Origin: a virus
Lineage: Duplodnaviria > Caudoviricetes
IMG/VR virus record: IMGVR_UViG_3300037991_002149
Span: 1-34,962 of that record
Reading direction: 5' to 3' (one strand)
Length of the DNA: 34,962 nucleotides
Under the pieces are notes generated by a model, which saw only the letters and a program-made list of their open reading frames with translations, searched no databases and was not told the DNA's origin. A program made the position numbers and the translations under genes. Below, one piece after another: positions 14,292 to 25,055 of the stretch (position 1 is the first letter of the stretch; the number at the start of each line of letters is the position of its first letter).

Positions 14292-16194
14292 ATTATGTTT
14301 CGCTAAAGGATGTCATAATATATTACGACCACCTAAGAAAAAATTTTGTTCATCTACTTGTTCTAAAAGCTATCACAACGCTGTATATCACGCTAAACAA
14401 AAAGGTGCTGTTTATGAAATTGACCATGATGGCAAACCTGTAGCAGAAGGTAATGTACAAAAACGCAGAGGCAAAGTTTACGAACAGTTAGTAGAAAAAA
14501 ATCTAGGACCTTTAATTTTAAAAGGTGACATGCTTAAACAAGATGCAGCAGAGTTACTAGGTTGTACAAAAGCTGCACTTAGTTACGCATACGCTGCTTG
14601 GGTAGAAGATATGGAAACAAAGTCTAAAGCAGAAAATTGGACTATACCTGCTAAAGCAGAAAAATCATTAAAAGACTTTAAACAATTTAGAGATAGATAT
14701 TTTCAAACAGAAACAGGCGACCCATACGAAACACCTGAATTTCACATTAGGTGGATAAAATCTATTTTAGAAGCTATAGAACATGGTGACCAACAGATGA
14801 TATTGTCACCACCTAGACATGGCAAAACAGATTTGCTTATACATTTTGCAGTATGGTTGATTGTGCAAAATCCTAATGTTAGAATTTTGTGGGTAGGAGG
14901 TAATGAAGAAATTGCTAAGAATGCAGTATCTTCTGTAATTGACCAACTAGAGAATAATGAGAAATTAATTGAAGAACTCTGTCCTCCTGGAAAAACTTTT
15001 AAGCCAACATCACGAACTGGAAAAGCGTGGTCGCAGAATGGGTTTACTGTTGGCACTCGTACTGTTACTGGTATTAAGTCACCTACCATGGTTGGTATTG
15101 GTCGTGGAGGAAAAATCTTATCAAGAGATTGTGACATCATTATCGGAGATGACTTGGAGGACCACTCATCAACTATGCAACCTGCTTCAAGAGAAAACAC
15201 TAGAAACTGGTGGACTACAACATTGTCAAGTCGTAAAGAGGAACATACAGCAATAATCGTAATTGGTTCTAGGCAACATTATGATGACCTGTATTCTCAT
15301 TTGTTAGATAACGAAAGTTGGAAAACATTAGTCGAAGAAGCACATGACACATCATGCAACATTGCAGATTGGGATGAAGAAGCACATACAGAGTGTATGT
15401 TGTGGACAGGTAAGCGTACTTACAAATGGTTAATGGACAGAAAACGAGCAGCAGAAACTACTGGAGGTAGAGCAATATACGAAATGGTATATCTTAATGT
15501 AGCTATGCCTGATGGACTTGCTTTATTTGAGCGTGAAGAAATAGAACAATGTCGTGACCAAAGTAGAGCGATAGGTGACATACCAATCAATGTAAGACTT
15601 ATAGCAGGACTTGACCCTGCATCTACAGGTTATCAAGCTGCAGTGTTATGGGGTTACAATACTGAAACAGGTACTTTGTTTTTAATAGATATAGAAAACA
15701 ATTTAGGTGGTGGAATACCACAAGCATTAGAGATAATTAAAAAATGGTGGACAGAGTACAACTGTAGTCATTGGGTTATAGAAGAAAATGGATTTCAAAA
15801 AGCTATACGACAAGATGTATCTATAAAAGATTTTGCTAATAGGCATGGCGTATTTTTAGAAGGACACGAAACACGAAATCAAAAGTTTGACCCATTGTTT
15901 GGTGTAACAGCTATGCGACCAATGTTTGCTGATAAACTAATTAATTTACCTTATAGTGGATTTGAAGCACAAGAAAAGATAAACTTATATACAAGTCAGT
16001 TAGTGTATTTTAGTTCTGCTAGAAACAAAAGCAAAAGTGTGGGAACTAAAACAGACATTGTTATGGCTAGTTGGTTTCCAATGAGAGCAATTAGGCGTAT
16101 GCAAAAAGAACGATTTGCAGAACTAGGATATGACTACAATCCTAGTTTTTCTGACTATAATCCTAGTAATATAGATTATGATAATTGGAGATAG
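14278..16194 (+). CDS. terL: Terminase large subunit with N-terminal Zn-finger/HTH extension
   Basis: Walker A SPPRHGKT, Walker B IIIGDD, GSRQHYDD coupling motif, RNase H-like AGLDPA...IEENGFQ...TDIVMA. Confidence 0.93.
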   Translation: MTKTKLCFAKGCHNILRPPKKKFCSSTCSKSYHNAVYHAKQKGAVYEIDHDGKPVAEGNVQKRRGKVYEQLVEKNLGPLILKGDMLKQDAAELLGCTKAALSYAYAAWVEDMETKSKAENWTIPAKAEKSLKDFKQFRDRYFQTETGDPYETPEFHIRWIKSILEAIEHGDQQMILSPPRHGKTDLLIHFAVWLIVQNPNVRILWVGGNEEIAKNAVSSVIDQLENNEKLIEELCPPGKTFKPTSRTGKAWSQNGFTVGTRTVTGIKSPTMVGIGRGGKILSRDCDIIIGDDLEDHSSTMQPASRENTRNWWTTTLSSRKEEHTAIIVIGSRQHYDDLYSHLLDNESWKTLVEEAHDTSCNIADWDEEAHTECMLWTGKRTYKWLMDRKRAAETTGGRAIYEMVYLNVAMPDGLALFEREEIEQCRDQSRAIGDIPINVRLIAGLDPASTGYQAAVLWGYNTETGTLFLIDIENNLGGGIPQALEIIKKWWTEYNCSHWVIEENGFQKAIRQDVSIKDFANRHGVFLEGHETRNQKFDPLFGVTAMRPMFADKLINLPYSGFEAQEKINLYTSQLVYFSSARNKSKSVGTKTDIVMASWFPMRAIRRMQKERFAELGYDYNPSFSDYNPSNIDYDNWR

Positions 16195-17961
16195 ATGCCT
16201 TTAAATAGCGAACAGTTGTACGACCAAATAGATTACCTTAGAGTAATTAATCAAGACCAAATGATTGATAGAAGTCGTATTCGTGACATTATGAATGGTG
16301 GAGAAGCAGCAGTAAAAGCATTGCTTGGTAATCAAGTAAATGTAGAATACCACGAACTTCCTGCACCTAATTTATTTTTAACAGCGCTAGAAAGATTTGC
16401 ACAAAAGTTAGGCAGAAGCCCTGACATAAAAGTAGATATAATTAATGAAAAAGATAGTGAACGAGCAAGAAAAAAATCTGAAAAATTAGAACGCATAGTT
16501 GTAAGCTATGACAAATATCAAAAGCTACATAAACAATTACCACAAGTTGGTAGATGGCTACCTGGATATGGTTTTGTTGCTTGGACAATAGGACACAAAA
16601 GAGATAAAGATGGAAATCCATATCCTTATGCAGAACTTCGTGACCCATTTACTTGTTACCCTGGAATTTTCGGCAATGACCAACAACCTAAAGAATTAGC
16701 AATAATTAGTCGTGTACCACACACTGTATTAGCTGAACAATATCCTGAAGCAAAACAATATATATTTGCACAAGAAGAAAATGACAATGGTTTTCAAAAT
16801 CCATATTCTGCTTTACTAGATAGCACAGATAGAGCAGGTAGTTGGGCTAACTCAACAGGACATGGAAAAGTAGTTGTTGAATATAGAGATAAAGAAGGTA
16901 CATACATTTTCTTGCCTGAAAATAAAAAAATAATAGATTTTATGCCAAACATACTCAAATCAGGTCCTTGTTTTGTTGTTGCAAAAAGATATTCATTTGA
17001 CCAAATGCAATCACAATTCCAACACATTACAGGTCTTATGGCAAATATGGCAAAGATTAACATACTTGGAACTATTGCTATGGAAGATGCAGTATTTACA
17101 GAAACAAATATTGTTGGTGAAATAGAAAGCGGTAAGTATCGTAAAGGTAGATTTGCAGTTAACTATTTGACACCTGGTTCACAAGTATCAAAACCTGTAA
17201 ACAATTTACCTTATCAATTATTTCAACAAGTAGATAGATTAGAAAGACACCTTAGACTTGGTGCAGCTTATCCTGTATCTGATGATGGACAATCGCCTAA
17301 TGCTTTTGTTACAGGTAGAGGATTAGAAGAACTAGGTCAATCTGCATCACTGCATGTAAGAGAATATCAAACTGTATTAGGTGATGCTTTAGAAGAACTA
17401 GATGCTAAAAGACTTGAATATGATGAAGCAATGTTTGGAAGTACAAGAAAACCATTAGCAGGATTTCACAAAGGAACATCTTACAAAGAAAATTACACAC
17501 CTAACTCTGATATATCTGAAGTGTATACAACACGCAGAGTGTATGGTGTTATGGCAGGATTTGATGAGCCACAAAAAATTATTACAGGTTTACAACTTTA
17601 CCAACAGGGAATTATCGACAAGCAAACATTGCAAGAAAATATGGATGGATTAGAAAACATAACTAAGATACAAAATCGTGTTAATAAAGAAAGAGCCGAA
17701 ACTGTATTGTTTGAAACTCTTATGGCACAGGCAGCACAAGGCGACCAAAAAGCATTAGTTGCTGCTATAGAGATAAGAAAAAATCCGCAGAGAATGTCTG
17801 AAATATTAGACAAATACTATACTGCAGAAGGTGAAGAACCTAGTGAAGAAGAACTAGCTTTACTAAATGCACAAGCGCAACAAGCAGGTGCTGTACCGCA
17901 AGGACCGCCACCTGGATTAGCACAAGTGTTATCACAAGTAGCACAACAGGGAGGACAATAA
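16195..17961 (+). CDS. Portal protein
   Basis: 588 aa immediately after terL, with a Q/P-rich C-terminal tail as in podoviral portals. Confidence 0.8.
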   Translation: MPLNSEQLYDQIDYLRVINQDQMIDRSRIRDIMNGGEAAVKALLGNQVNVEYHELPAPNLFLTALERFAQKLGRSPDIKVDIINEKDSERARKKSEKLERIVVSYDKYQKLHKQLPQVGRWLPGYGFVAWTIGHKRDKDGNPYPYAELRDPFTCYPGIFGNDQQPKELAIISRVPHTVLAEQYPEAKQYIFAQEENDNGFQNPYSALLDSTDRAGSWANSTGHGKVVVEYRDKEGTYIFLPENKKIIDFMPNILKSGPCFVVAKRYSFDQMQSQFQHITGLMANMAKINILGTIAMEDAVFTETNIVGEIESGKYRKGRFAVNYLTPGSQVSKPVNNLPYQLFQQVDRLERHLRLGAAYPVSDDGQSPNAFVTGRGLEELGQSASLHVREYQTVLGDALEELDAKRLEYDEAMFGSTRKPLAGFHKGTSYKENYTPNSDISEVYTTRRVYGVMAGFDEPQKIITGLQLYQQGIIDKQTLQENMDGLENITKIQNRVNKERAETVLFETLMAQAAQGDQKALVAAIEIRKNPQRMSEILDKYYTAEGEEPSEEELALLNAQAQQAGAVPQGPPPGLAQVLSQVAQQGGQ

Positions 17962-18233
17962 TGCCTGAACCATCAGACAAAATGCGTGAAACTAATGTTA
18001 AGTTTTATGACATCATTAATTCAGAAGATTGGGATTTAGACAATATAGAAGAACAACCAAAAATAGATGATAGTTTTACACCTCCAATTATGCAGTATTG
18101 GATGCCTACACCACATCCTAAAGTATTTATTCGTGTAGATTTTACTATTGAAGATGCTGCAGAAAACGAGAAACTAAGAGATTTTTTAGGAGGTCTTGAT
18201 GACTTCTTTAATGATGAGGGATATTATGGTTAG
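17961..18233 (+). CDS. Hypothetical protein
   Basis: GGAGG RBS; TAATG coupling. Confidence 0.7.
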   Translation: MPEPSDKMRETNVKFYDIINSEDWDLDNIEEQPKIDDSFTPPIMQYWMPTPHPKVFIRVDFTIEDAAENEKLRDFLGGLDDFFNDEGYYG

Positions 18234-18651
18234 AAAACCAAAAGCATTAAAACAAGTAACTGATGGAAAACCTGACCCTGCGTTTCAAGATTTATATATA
18301 CCAAGACAAAAAGGCGACCCAACAGGACAATCACAAATAATAAACGACCAAGAAGATGCGCTTAATTATGAACTACCTACAGTAGCAGGAGAGCAAGTTG
18401 CACAAAATGCAACTAGAACAGCTAGTCCTATATCATTAGGACAACCTACTAGGTTTCAAAGTGAGCCAAACACAGCAGGAATATCACAAGGACCTGGCGT
18501 AGGAAGGATAGGCGCTAGTCCTATGGCAACTGATATAGATGCTTATTTACAAGGATTATTTAGTAGATTTAATGACCCTGTAATTTTAGAGTTAATAGAA
18601 CAAAAAAATGCTGTGCCTGTACAGGAGAAGCCACAAACTAGGTTTAGATAA
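18226..18651 (+). CDS. Hypothetical virion-associated protein
   Basis: Likely start MVRKPK after GAGGGG; PT....EP.TAG...GPG motif seen in genes downstream of portals in actinophage-like genomes. Confidence 0.7.
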   Translation: MVRKPKALKQVTDGKPDPAFQDLYIPRQKGDPTGQSQIINDQEDALNYELPTVAGEQVAQNATRTASPISLGQPTRFQSEPNTAGISQGPGVGRIGASPMATDIDAYLQGLFSRFNDPVILELIEQKNAVPVQEKPQTRFR

Positions 18652-21600
18652 TGCGTAGATATTCTTTGCGTTATTCTTTAGATGATTTAAAAAGACAAGC
18701 AGCACAAGAAACATATAATCGTGCAAGTTCTTTTGATAAAGGTGTAAGAGAAACAAATCCTGACTTAGTACAAAATATTGCTAACATTACAAAAGCATAT
18801 CCTACAATTCCTAAAGAAGTTTTACCTTATATGGCATTAAGCGGAACTACTGCAGAAGATGAAATTGCTTTGCAGGTAGCAAATAGAGCAGCATCTATTA
18901 TAGCAAAAAAGAACACAGAAAACCTTGTTACAGATGTCAACTTTTTAAAAAGAGGTGTACAAATGGGTTTCTTAGGACTAGATGCTGTATTCCAAAATGT
19001 ATCAAGAGGTTTTAAATCTGCAGTTGTAGCTGCACAAGAAACAGGCAAATGGTTGCCTGGAGTTGTAGCTAATGCAACATTAGGTGGATTGTATGAAACA
19101 TTTAGACCACAAGCAGAAGGCGAGGAAGGTAGTTCTACAGCTAGATACTTAAATAACATATATGGCGGTGGTGTAGGGGATGTGTTTAAACAGACACGAG
19201 ATAAATATGGAAAGAATGAGTTTCGTTTAGCTTTAGAACAAACTAGAGATGGTAAACCATTAAATTTAGGTACAGGATTTTTACCTAAGTCATTAGACCC
19301 TAAAGAAACACAAGTGTACTTAGATATGCGTAGAGCAGGTAGAAGTGAAAGAGAGGCATTAAGTAGAGCTGTAGAAGTTTATGGACTTCCTGTTACACAG
19401 TTGTACGACAAAAGAGAAGATGCTTTTAAATACGAAGCAAAAGATGGAACAAAAGTAAATATATCGCCAGGTCGAATAGCGGCAGTACAGATATTTGAAC
19501 CAGGTTCTACAGGATTTAGTGTTGTATCAGGTGTTATTGATGGTGTATTTAGACTTGCAGGTGACCCAACGAACTTAGCGTTGATGTATGGTGCAGGTGT
19601 AAAGACAGCAATGAGAACTATGGTACAAGCTAATAAACAATCTAAAAATGCTGCAACATTGTTTAAATCTTTTGTACCTGGAAAAACAGGTAAATTTAAT
19701 CGTGCTGCTTTTTATGGTAGAACAGTAGATGATGTAAGAAGCACAGGTTGGGGTCAAAAGTTTGGTGAAGCTATTGCAAAATTAAAAGGTGATGAAGGTA
19801 GAGCATTTTTAGATGACATTAAAGAATTTGACAATGTTCCTGCATCTGTAAAAGAAGTATTGTTACATGTTGATGATGCTGATGATGTATGGAACATATT
19901 AGACATAGTTGCTAAGAATGGTAACTTAACAGGCAAAGAGTTTGACAACATGTTTAATTTAATTAAAAAATATGTGTCTGATGATGTTGGTAAAAACTTA
20001 GACAGAGTTAGAGAAGCAAGTGTAGAAAACATTGCTTTTGGTTTAAATAACATTCCTGCAAGACCTACAGCTATGGGCGAACTATTTAATTATGCTAACA
20101 AACTTATGACAGGTAAAAGTACAGATGTTGCACCTATGAGAAAGTTTGCAGGTTTATTACTATCTAAAGACGACCCTGCTAGAGGATTGCTAGGTACAGG
20201 AACACAGTTAGCTAGAACTAAATTATTTCCTAGACATGTAAAAAGAGCAATGCAACTTAGACCTGAAACAATGATGGTTATAGATGATTTAGAAGCAGCA
20301 TCAAGAAATGCTAACGATATGTTAAAACTATCCTTTGCTAGTGCAAAAGAAAGAGGTTATTACTCACGATTAGTTTTAACTGCTACATCTCAAAAAGAAT
20401 TAGAAGAAATAGCGTATCAAATAAATCAAGCAATAGCTAAAAATGTTTCAGATTACAACCCTAATTTAAAAATAGATGTTGAAGATATAATGAAGCAACA
20501 AGAAAGTTACAACGCACAAATGAATGAATTAAGAGATTTTTTTGGAAACTCTGCAGGTGGTTCTATAGCTTTTAATGGAACACAAATTAAAAAAAGATAC
20601 AAAAAACTTATTAAAGATGTCGAAGAACATTTTAAAGCAACAGGTATAGAAGTTAATCCTGATGATGTAGAAAAATATATATTTGAAGCAGTGCCGAGTA
20701 TGCACTTATTATCACAAGCATCTAAATCTTACATGGCACAACTTATAGACCCAAGAGATATAGTACAAGCTACAAGAGCGCATCAAACATTAATTGCACC
20801 TACAGAAAAAAGACTTACTACATTGTTTGATAATTTAAATATATTTAACGAAAATGCTGCGGACATGAAATGGGCAGATAGATTAAAAATACCTAGAAAA
20901 GCATTTGTTGGAGGTTATTCATCAAATCGATTGACATTAAAACCAAAAACAATGTTAGATACAATACTTGATGAAACACAGAATAAAATATTAAAACCTG
21001 CGTGGATGTTTAGATTAGCACTACTTATGCGTATTGCACCTGAAGAAGCAGCTAGAGCGGCATTTGGCGGATATGTCAATGCGTGGTCACATCCTTTACA
21101 AAGATTAGCTATGGTATCTAATAAATATTTAAACTTTGTTGGTGATGTAAAGCGTGAAGATAAGATATTCCAATTACGCAACAATTTAGGTCACATTGTA
21201 TTTACAGGTCACATGGGTACTGATGACTACAAAAAATTAGCAGAGTTAATAGATGAAAAAACACTTAAAAACTTTTTAGCTATTGAATACCCACAGATAG
21301 AAAAATTAGTTAAATCTTATATGTTAGAAACAAGTTATACAGGTCAAGTATCTGATTACATGATTAACGCTGCAATAAACAATCAAAGTTTAAAAACATT
21401 TGTTAGAGAAGCAGTACAAGAAAGTAAGTTGTCTATAGGCAGTAAACAAATAAATGCTAAAGCAAAAGGAACAGTAGTTGGATTTGATAATAAAACAGAG
21501 TACGCATCTATGGGTGAAGCGTTAGTAGAGGGTGGAGGTTTTAGCATTGATTTAGATGCAGCAAAATTCCTAGACATGAAAAAAAGAGTGCCTTCTGATG

Positions 21601-24600
21601 CAGAGGTATTTGTTTCTCCATACAAAGAATTTGAGTTTCCTTTAGGAACTGCTGCTGAAGTACAAGAAAAAGCAGCTAAAGTAAACATGACACCAATAGA
21701 GTGGGTAGATAGTCAAATAGACAATTTATTTTTTACAGATGAAACTGTAGGTTTACTAAGCAAAGATGGTCATGTATTAGGTGCATACATAGATGATGAT
21801 GGTATTTTGATGTTAGATGTGTCTGTAGGATTAAGCGGAGAAAACGCTATAGACAATGCAGTATTTATGGGTATTAATGCTTTTCAAGAAAGTATTTATG
21901 TAGGTCAATCAGGCAGACAAGCTGCTGTACAAGCAGGATATGGCAATGTAATGACATCTGATGGTTTTATAAGCCTCTATAGAAAAAAAGCAAAAGATGG
22001 AGAAATACTTAAAGGTGGTGCTGCTGCAATAAATTATGACAGTGTTATAGCAAAAGAAGTATTAGAAGTTTTGTATAAAAACAATTTTGATGCTTTATCG
22101 CTAACAATAGATGATGTCAAAGGTGCAGGTAGAGGTTTGCCTAATGGTAGTTTGTTTAGTGCTGATGAGGGATATAGAGCTGCAATGGGTGAACAAAATA
22201 TTACAGAGGGTTTAATAGGCACTAGAAAAGATTTAGTAGAAAACTTGTTTATTAGAACAGATAAAAGATTAGCTAATGGCAATATAAATCCTTATTATTG
22301 GGAAGGATTGTGGACAGAGATTGGAGAACTTCTTGCACCTGACCCTATAACAGTAAGGTTGTTAAATCTAGGAATTGATGACATGATGGAGTATTTACGC
22401 ACTAATCCTACAGGTAAAAATTTAATTAAAGAATTTGTAGAAAGAAGTCACAATGCAGATGATATAGCATTTTTAACTGATGATGCAGCACTAAGAAATT
22501 ATTTAGAAAGTATAGAATACAGAGTAGGTATTGCAGTTGGTAATCCTACAGCTAAAATGCGACATCCTATTGCAGGATATGAACTAAGTCCTGAAAACAC
22601 AAGTCAAGTGTATTGGGTAAATAAACAAAAAGTATATCCTAAATTTGAAGTAGATTTATCTGTTACTGCTAATACTAAACTGTTTCAATTTATTAAAAGC
22701 GGTGGTTTCTTAGAAGGTAAAGATTGGGTTCGTTGGAAAAGCCACATTAACACACTTAGCAGAAAAAAAAGAGGTAAAGCTAATCAAGATTTTTATGAAG
22801 AATTTATAAAAGTATTTACAAAAGAAGTAGATGGTGCAGATTTAGGTCCTCAAACTATACCAAGAAGATTTGATTTAAAAAACAGAATTAATAATGATGG
22901 AACAATAATTGCAGGAGAAGAAATTGTTGCTGCAGGTGCTATGGATGATTTAGCATTTTCAGAGGGTATGGCAAGTTATGATAGATTATTAGAAACAGGT
23001 TATAACACATTAATATCAAAACCATCTAATTGGCTTAATCGTGACCCATTGTTTAGGCGTTCTTTTTATACAACTGCAGTAGAAGTTATGGCATATATGG
23101 ATGATGCAACTACAGCAGAGTTTATGAAAGGTGCAAAAGTTTGGATAGAAGGTACAGATATGTGGGATGATTTACTTAAAGCATCTAAACAACCAAAAAT
23201 AGAAAATACTATAACTAGCTTAGAACAAGCAGAAACATTACTTAAACATAAAGCAATGGAAGATGTTAAGAATTTGTTTTACTCAACTTCACAACGCCAT
23301 GTAGCATCAGACTTGTTTTCTAAATACATACCATTTCCTGAAATATGGGCAGAGGTATTTAAAACATGGGGTGGATTAATTGTAGACAATCCACATAAGT
23401 TTAACGCTACAAGAATAGCTGTAGATAATGGTGCAGGTGCTACACCATGGAATGATGAAAATGGTTTTCTATCAGAAGACCCAAGAACAGGCAAATTAAT
23501 GTTTAATTATGTAGATGCTTTTAATGTCATAACATTTGGTGCTTTTAAAGGTTTAGGTAAAGTTGCAGAAATGTCAGGATTAAGAGATGCGTTGCCTGAT
23601 ATTGTAACATCACCATATCAAACAACAGTATTTGGTGAAGATTTACAAGATGAAGGTGTAAGAGTTGCTGCACCTGGATTTGCTGCAGGTCTTAACCTAG
23701 TTGCACAAAATGGTTTTGCACCTGGTTTCGGTCCTGCTGTACAAATACCTATGAAATTTTTTATAGACAAGTTTGGTAGCACAAAAGCATTTCGTAAATT
23801 CTTTTTAGGTGAGTATGAAAGTTCAGGACAACTTAAAGACATTGCACAACCTGCATGGTTAAAAAAGTTTAGATTATTTTTATCAGGAGAAAACATTGCA
23901 GACAAAGATATGCAGAGAACATTTGCATCTACTGCTATGGATATATATACAGCTTATGTACTTGCAGGTATTGTAGACCAATCAGACCCACAAAGCGTAA
24001 GAGAAGGTGTAGAAAGAGCGACAGAACAAGCTAGAGCAGTATTTGGTTTTAGAGCAGCAGCACAGTTTGCATTGCCTACTGCTGTACAACCAAGAATAGA
24101 AGTAGAAGATAAAGATGGTCAATGGTGGGGTGTACAAACATTAGTCAATAAATATCAAGAAATGTTAATTAAGAATGGTTATGACCACTTTACAACTCAA
24201 CAAGAATTTATAACTAAATTTGGTGTCAATCCTATACCGCTAAAGCAACCTGGAAGTTATAGAGTTGGTAAACAACCTATTAAAGAAAATTCTTTTATAT
24301 GGTGGCAAAAAGATGAAAACAAAGAGTTGTTAAGACAAAACAATTTACCTAATACTGCATATTACATTTATCCTGACAAAATAGAAGATGAGTTGTTTTA
24401 TCCTGCTTACTACGAAACAAGAGCGCAGAATATAACTACAGGAGAGTTTGCATCATTTATGCGACATACACAAGCTATATTTGAATACGAAAAAGGTAAA
24501 GCAGATATACGAGATAATGGTAAAACCACAACAGAACAAAACAAAGAAATATCAGATTTAAAAAATCAAATAAATGATGAATATCAAATTGATATGTTTA

Positions 24601-25055
24601 ACTTTCAAGGCAAACCTAATGCTGTTACTACTACAGAATTAATGTACGAATTGCGAAGATGGAATGATTTTGAGCAAACAAAAAATAGTCCTGAAAACAA
24701 ATATGTACAAGAGTATTTAGATAAGCGTGATGAGTTAATAGATGTGATACTTAATGGCGGAACATTTACATTTAATGATTTGACTATAGAAGTTGAAAAC
24801 AGAGATGGTAAAATTTACTATACTTATGATGAAGTAGATGAGTTTGGTATAACAAAATCAGTTACTAAAAGAAGTCAGAAAAAAGCAAGAACTTTAAATG
24901 GTACTTCGCAAATAATGATTGATGCAAGAGTAATTATGAAAGCAATTTGGGATGATATGATAATTAAAGGTAAAGACACTAACTTTCCACAATTAGCTAA
25001 TGAAGTTTTATTTTATGAAATAAGCCCAACAAATAGTCAGAATGAGAGTGGTTAA
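18651..25055 (+). CDS. Very large putative internal virion/DNA-ejection protein (2134 aa)
   Basis: Size, predicted helical composition, position in the head operon; C-terminal PGFGP.VQIP segment typical of such proteins. Confidence 0.6.
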   Translation: MRRYSLRYSLDDLKRQAAQETYNRASSFDKGVRETNPDLVQNIANITKAYPTIPKEVLPYMALSGTTAEDEIALQVANRAASIIAKKNTENLVTDVNFLKRGVQMGFLGLDAVFQNVSRGFKSAVVAAQETGKWLPGVVANATLGGLYETFRPQAEGEEGSSTARYLNNIYGGGVGDVFKQTRDKYGKNEFRLALEQTRDGKPLNLGTGFLPKSLDPKETQVYLDMRRAGRSEREALSRAVEVYGLPVTQLYDKREDAFKYEAKDGTKVNISPGRIAAVQIFEPGSTGFSVVSGVIDGVFRLAGDPTNLALMYGAGVKTAMRTMVQANKQSKNAATLFKSFVPGKTGKFNRAAFYGRTVDDVRSTGWGQKFGEAIAKLKGDEGRAFLDDIKEFDNVPASVKEVLLHVDDADDVWNILDIVAKNGNLTGKEFDNMFNLIKKYVSDDVGKNLDRVREASVENIAFGLNNIPARPTAMGELFNYANKLMTGKSTDVAPMRKFAGLLLSKDDPARGLLGTGTQLARTKLFPRHVKRAMQLRPETMMVIDDLEAASRNANDMLKLSFASAKERGYYSRLVLTATSQKELEEIAYQINQAIAKNVSDYNPNLKIDVEDIMKQQESYNAQMNELRDFFGNSAGGSIAFNGTQIKKRYKKLIKDVEEHFKATGIEVNPDDVEKYIFEAVPSMHLLSQASKSYMAQLIDPRDIVQATRAHQTLIAPTEKRLTTLFDNLNIFNENAADMKWADRLKIPRKAFVGGYSSNRLTLKPKTMLDTILDETQNKILKPAWMFRLALLMRIAPEEAARAAFGGYVNAWSHPLQRLAMVSNKYLNFVGDVKREDKIFQLRNNLGHIVFTGHMGTDDYKKLAELIDEKTLKNFLAIEYPQIEKLVKSYMLETSYTGQVSDYMINAAINNQSLKTFVREAVQESKLSIGSKQINAKAKGTVVGFDNKTEYASMGEALVEGGGFSIDLDAAKFLDMKKRVPSDAEVFVSPYKEFEFPLGTAAEVQEKAAKVNMTPIEWVDSQIDNLFFTDETVGLLSKDGHVLGAYIDDDGILMLDVSVGLSGENAIDNAVFMGINAFQESIYVGQSGRQAAVQAGYGNVMTSDGFISLYRKKAKDGEILKGGAAAINYDSVIAKEVLEVLYKNNFDALSLTIDDVKGAGRGLPNGSLFSADEGYRAAMGEQNITEGLIGTRKDLVENLFIRTDKRLANGNINPYYWEGLWTEIGELLAPDPITVRLLNLGIDDMMEYLRTNPTGKNLIKEFVERSHNADDIAFLTDDAALRNYLESIEYRVGIAVGNPTAKMRHPIAGYELSPENTSQVYWVNKQKVYPKFEVDLSVTANTKLFQFIKSGGFLEGKDWVRWKSHINTLSRKKRGKANQDFYEEFIKVFTKEVDGADLGPQTIPRRFDLKNRINNDGTIIAGEEIVAAGAMDDLAFSEGMASYDRLLETGYNTLISKPSNWLNRDPLFRRSFYTTAVEVMAYMDDATTAEFMKGAKVWIEGTDMWDDLLKASKQPKIENTITSLEQAETLLKHKAMEDVKNLFYSTSQRHVASDLFSKYIPFPEIWAEVFKTWGGLIVDNPHKFNATRIAVDNGAGATPWNDENGFLSEDPRTGKLMFNYVDAFNVITFGAFKGLGKVAEMSGLRDALPDIVTSPYQTTVFGEDLQDEGVRVAAPGFAAGLNLVAQNGFAPGFGPAVQIPMKFFIDKFGSTKAFRKFFLGEYESSGQLKDIAQPAWLKKFRLFLSGENIADKDMQRTFASTAMDIYTAYVLAGIVDQSDPQSVREGVERATEQARAVFGFRAAAQFALPTAVQPRIEVEDKDGQWWGVQTLVNKYQEMLIKNGYDHFTTQQEFITKFGVNPIPLKQPGSYRVGKQPIKENSFIWWQKDENKELLRQNNLPNTAYYIYPDKIEDELFYPAYYETRAQNITTGEFASFMRHTQAIFEYEKGKADIRDNGKTTTEQNKEISDLKNQINDEYQIDMFNFQGKPNAVTTTELMYELRRWNDFEQTKNSPENKYVQEYLDKRDELIDVILNGGTFTFNDLTIEVENRDGKIYYTYDEVDEFGITKSVTKRSQKKARTLNGTSQIMIDARVIMKAIWDDMIIKGKDTNFPQLANEVLFYEISPTNSQNESG

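Noticed and set aside
18651-25055. Virion RNA polymerase or tape measure protein
   Set aside because: No recognisable RNAP catalytic motifs (DxDGD or N4/T7-type) and no tape-measure repeats or neighbouring tail-tube/chaperone genes.
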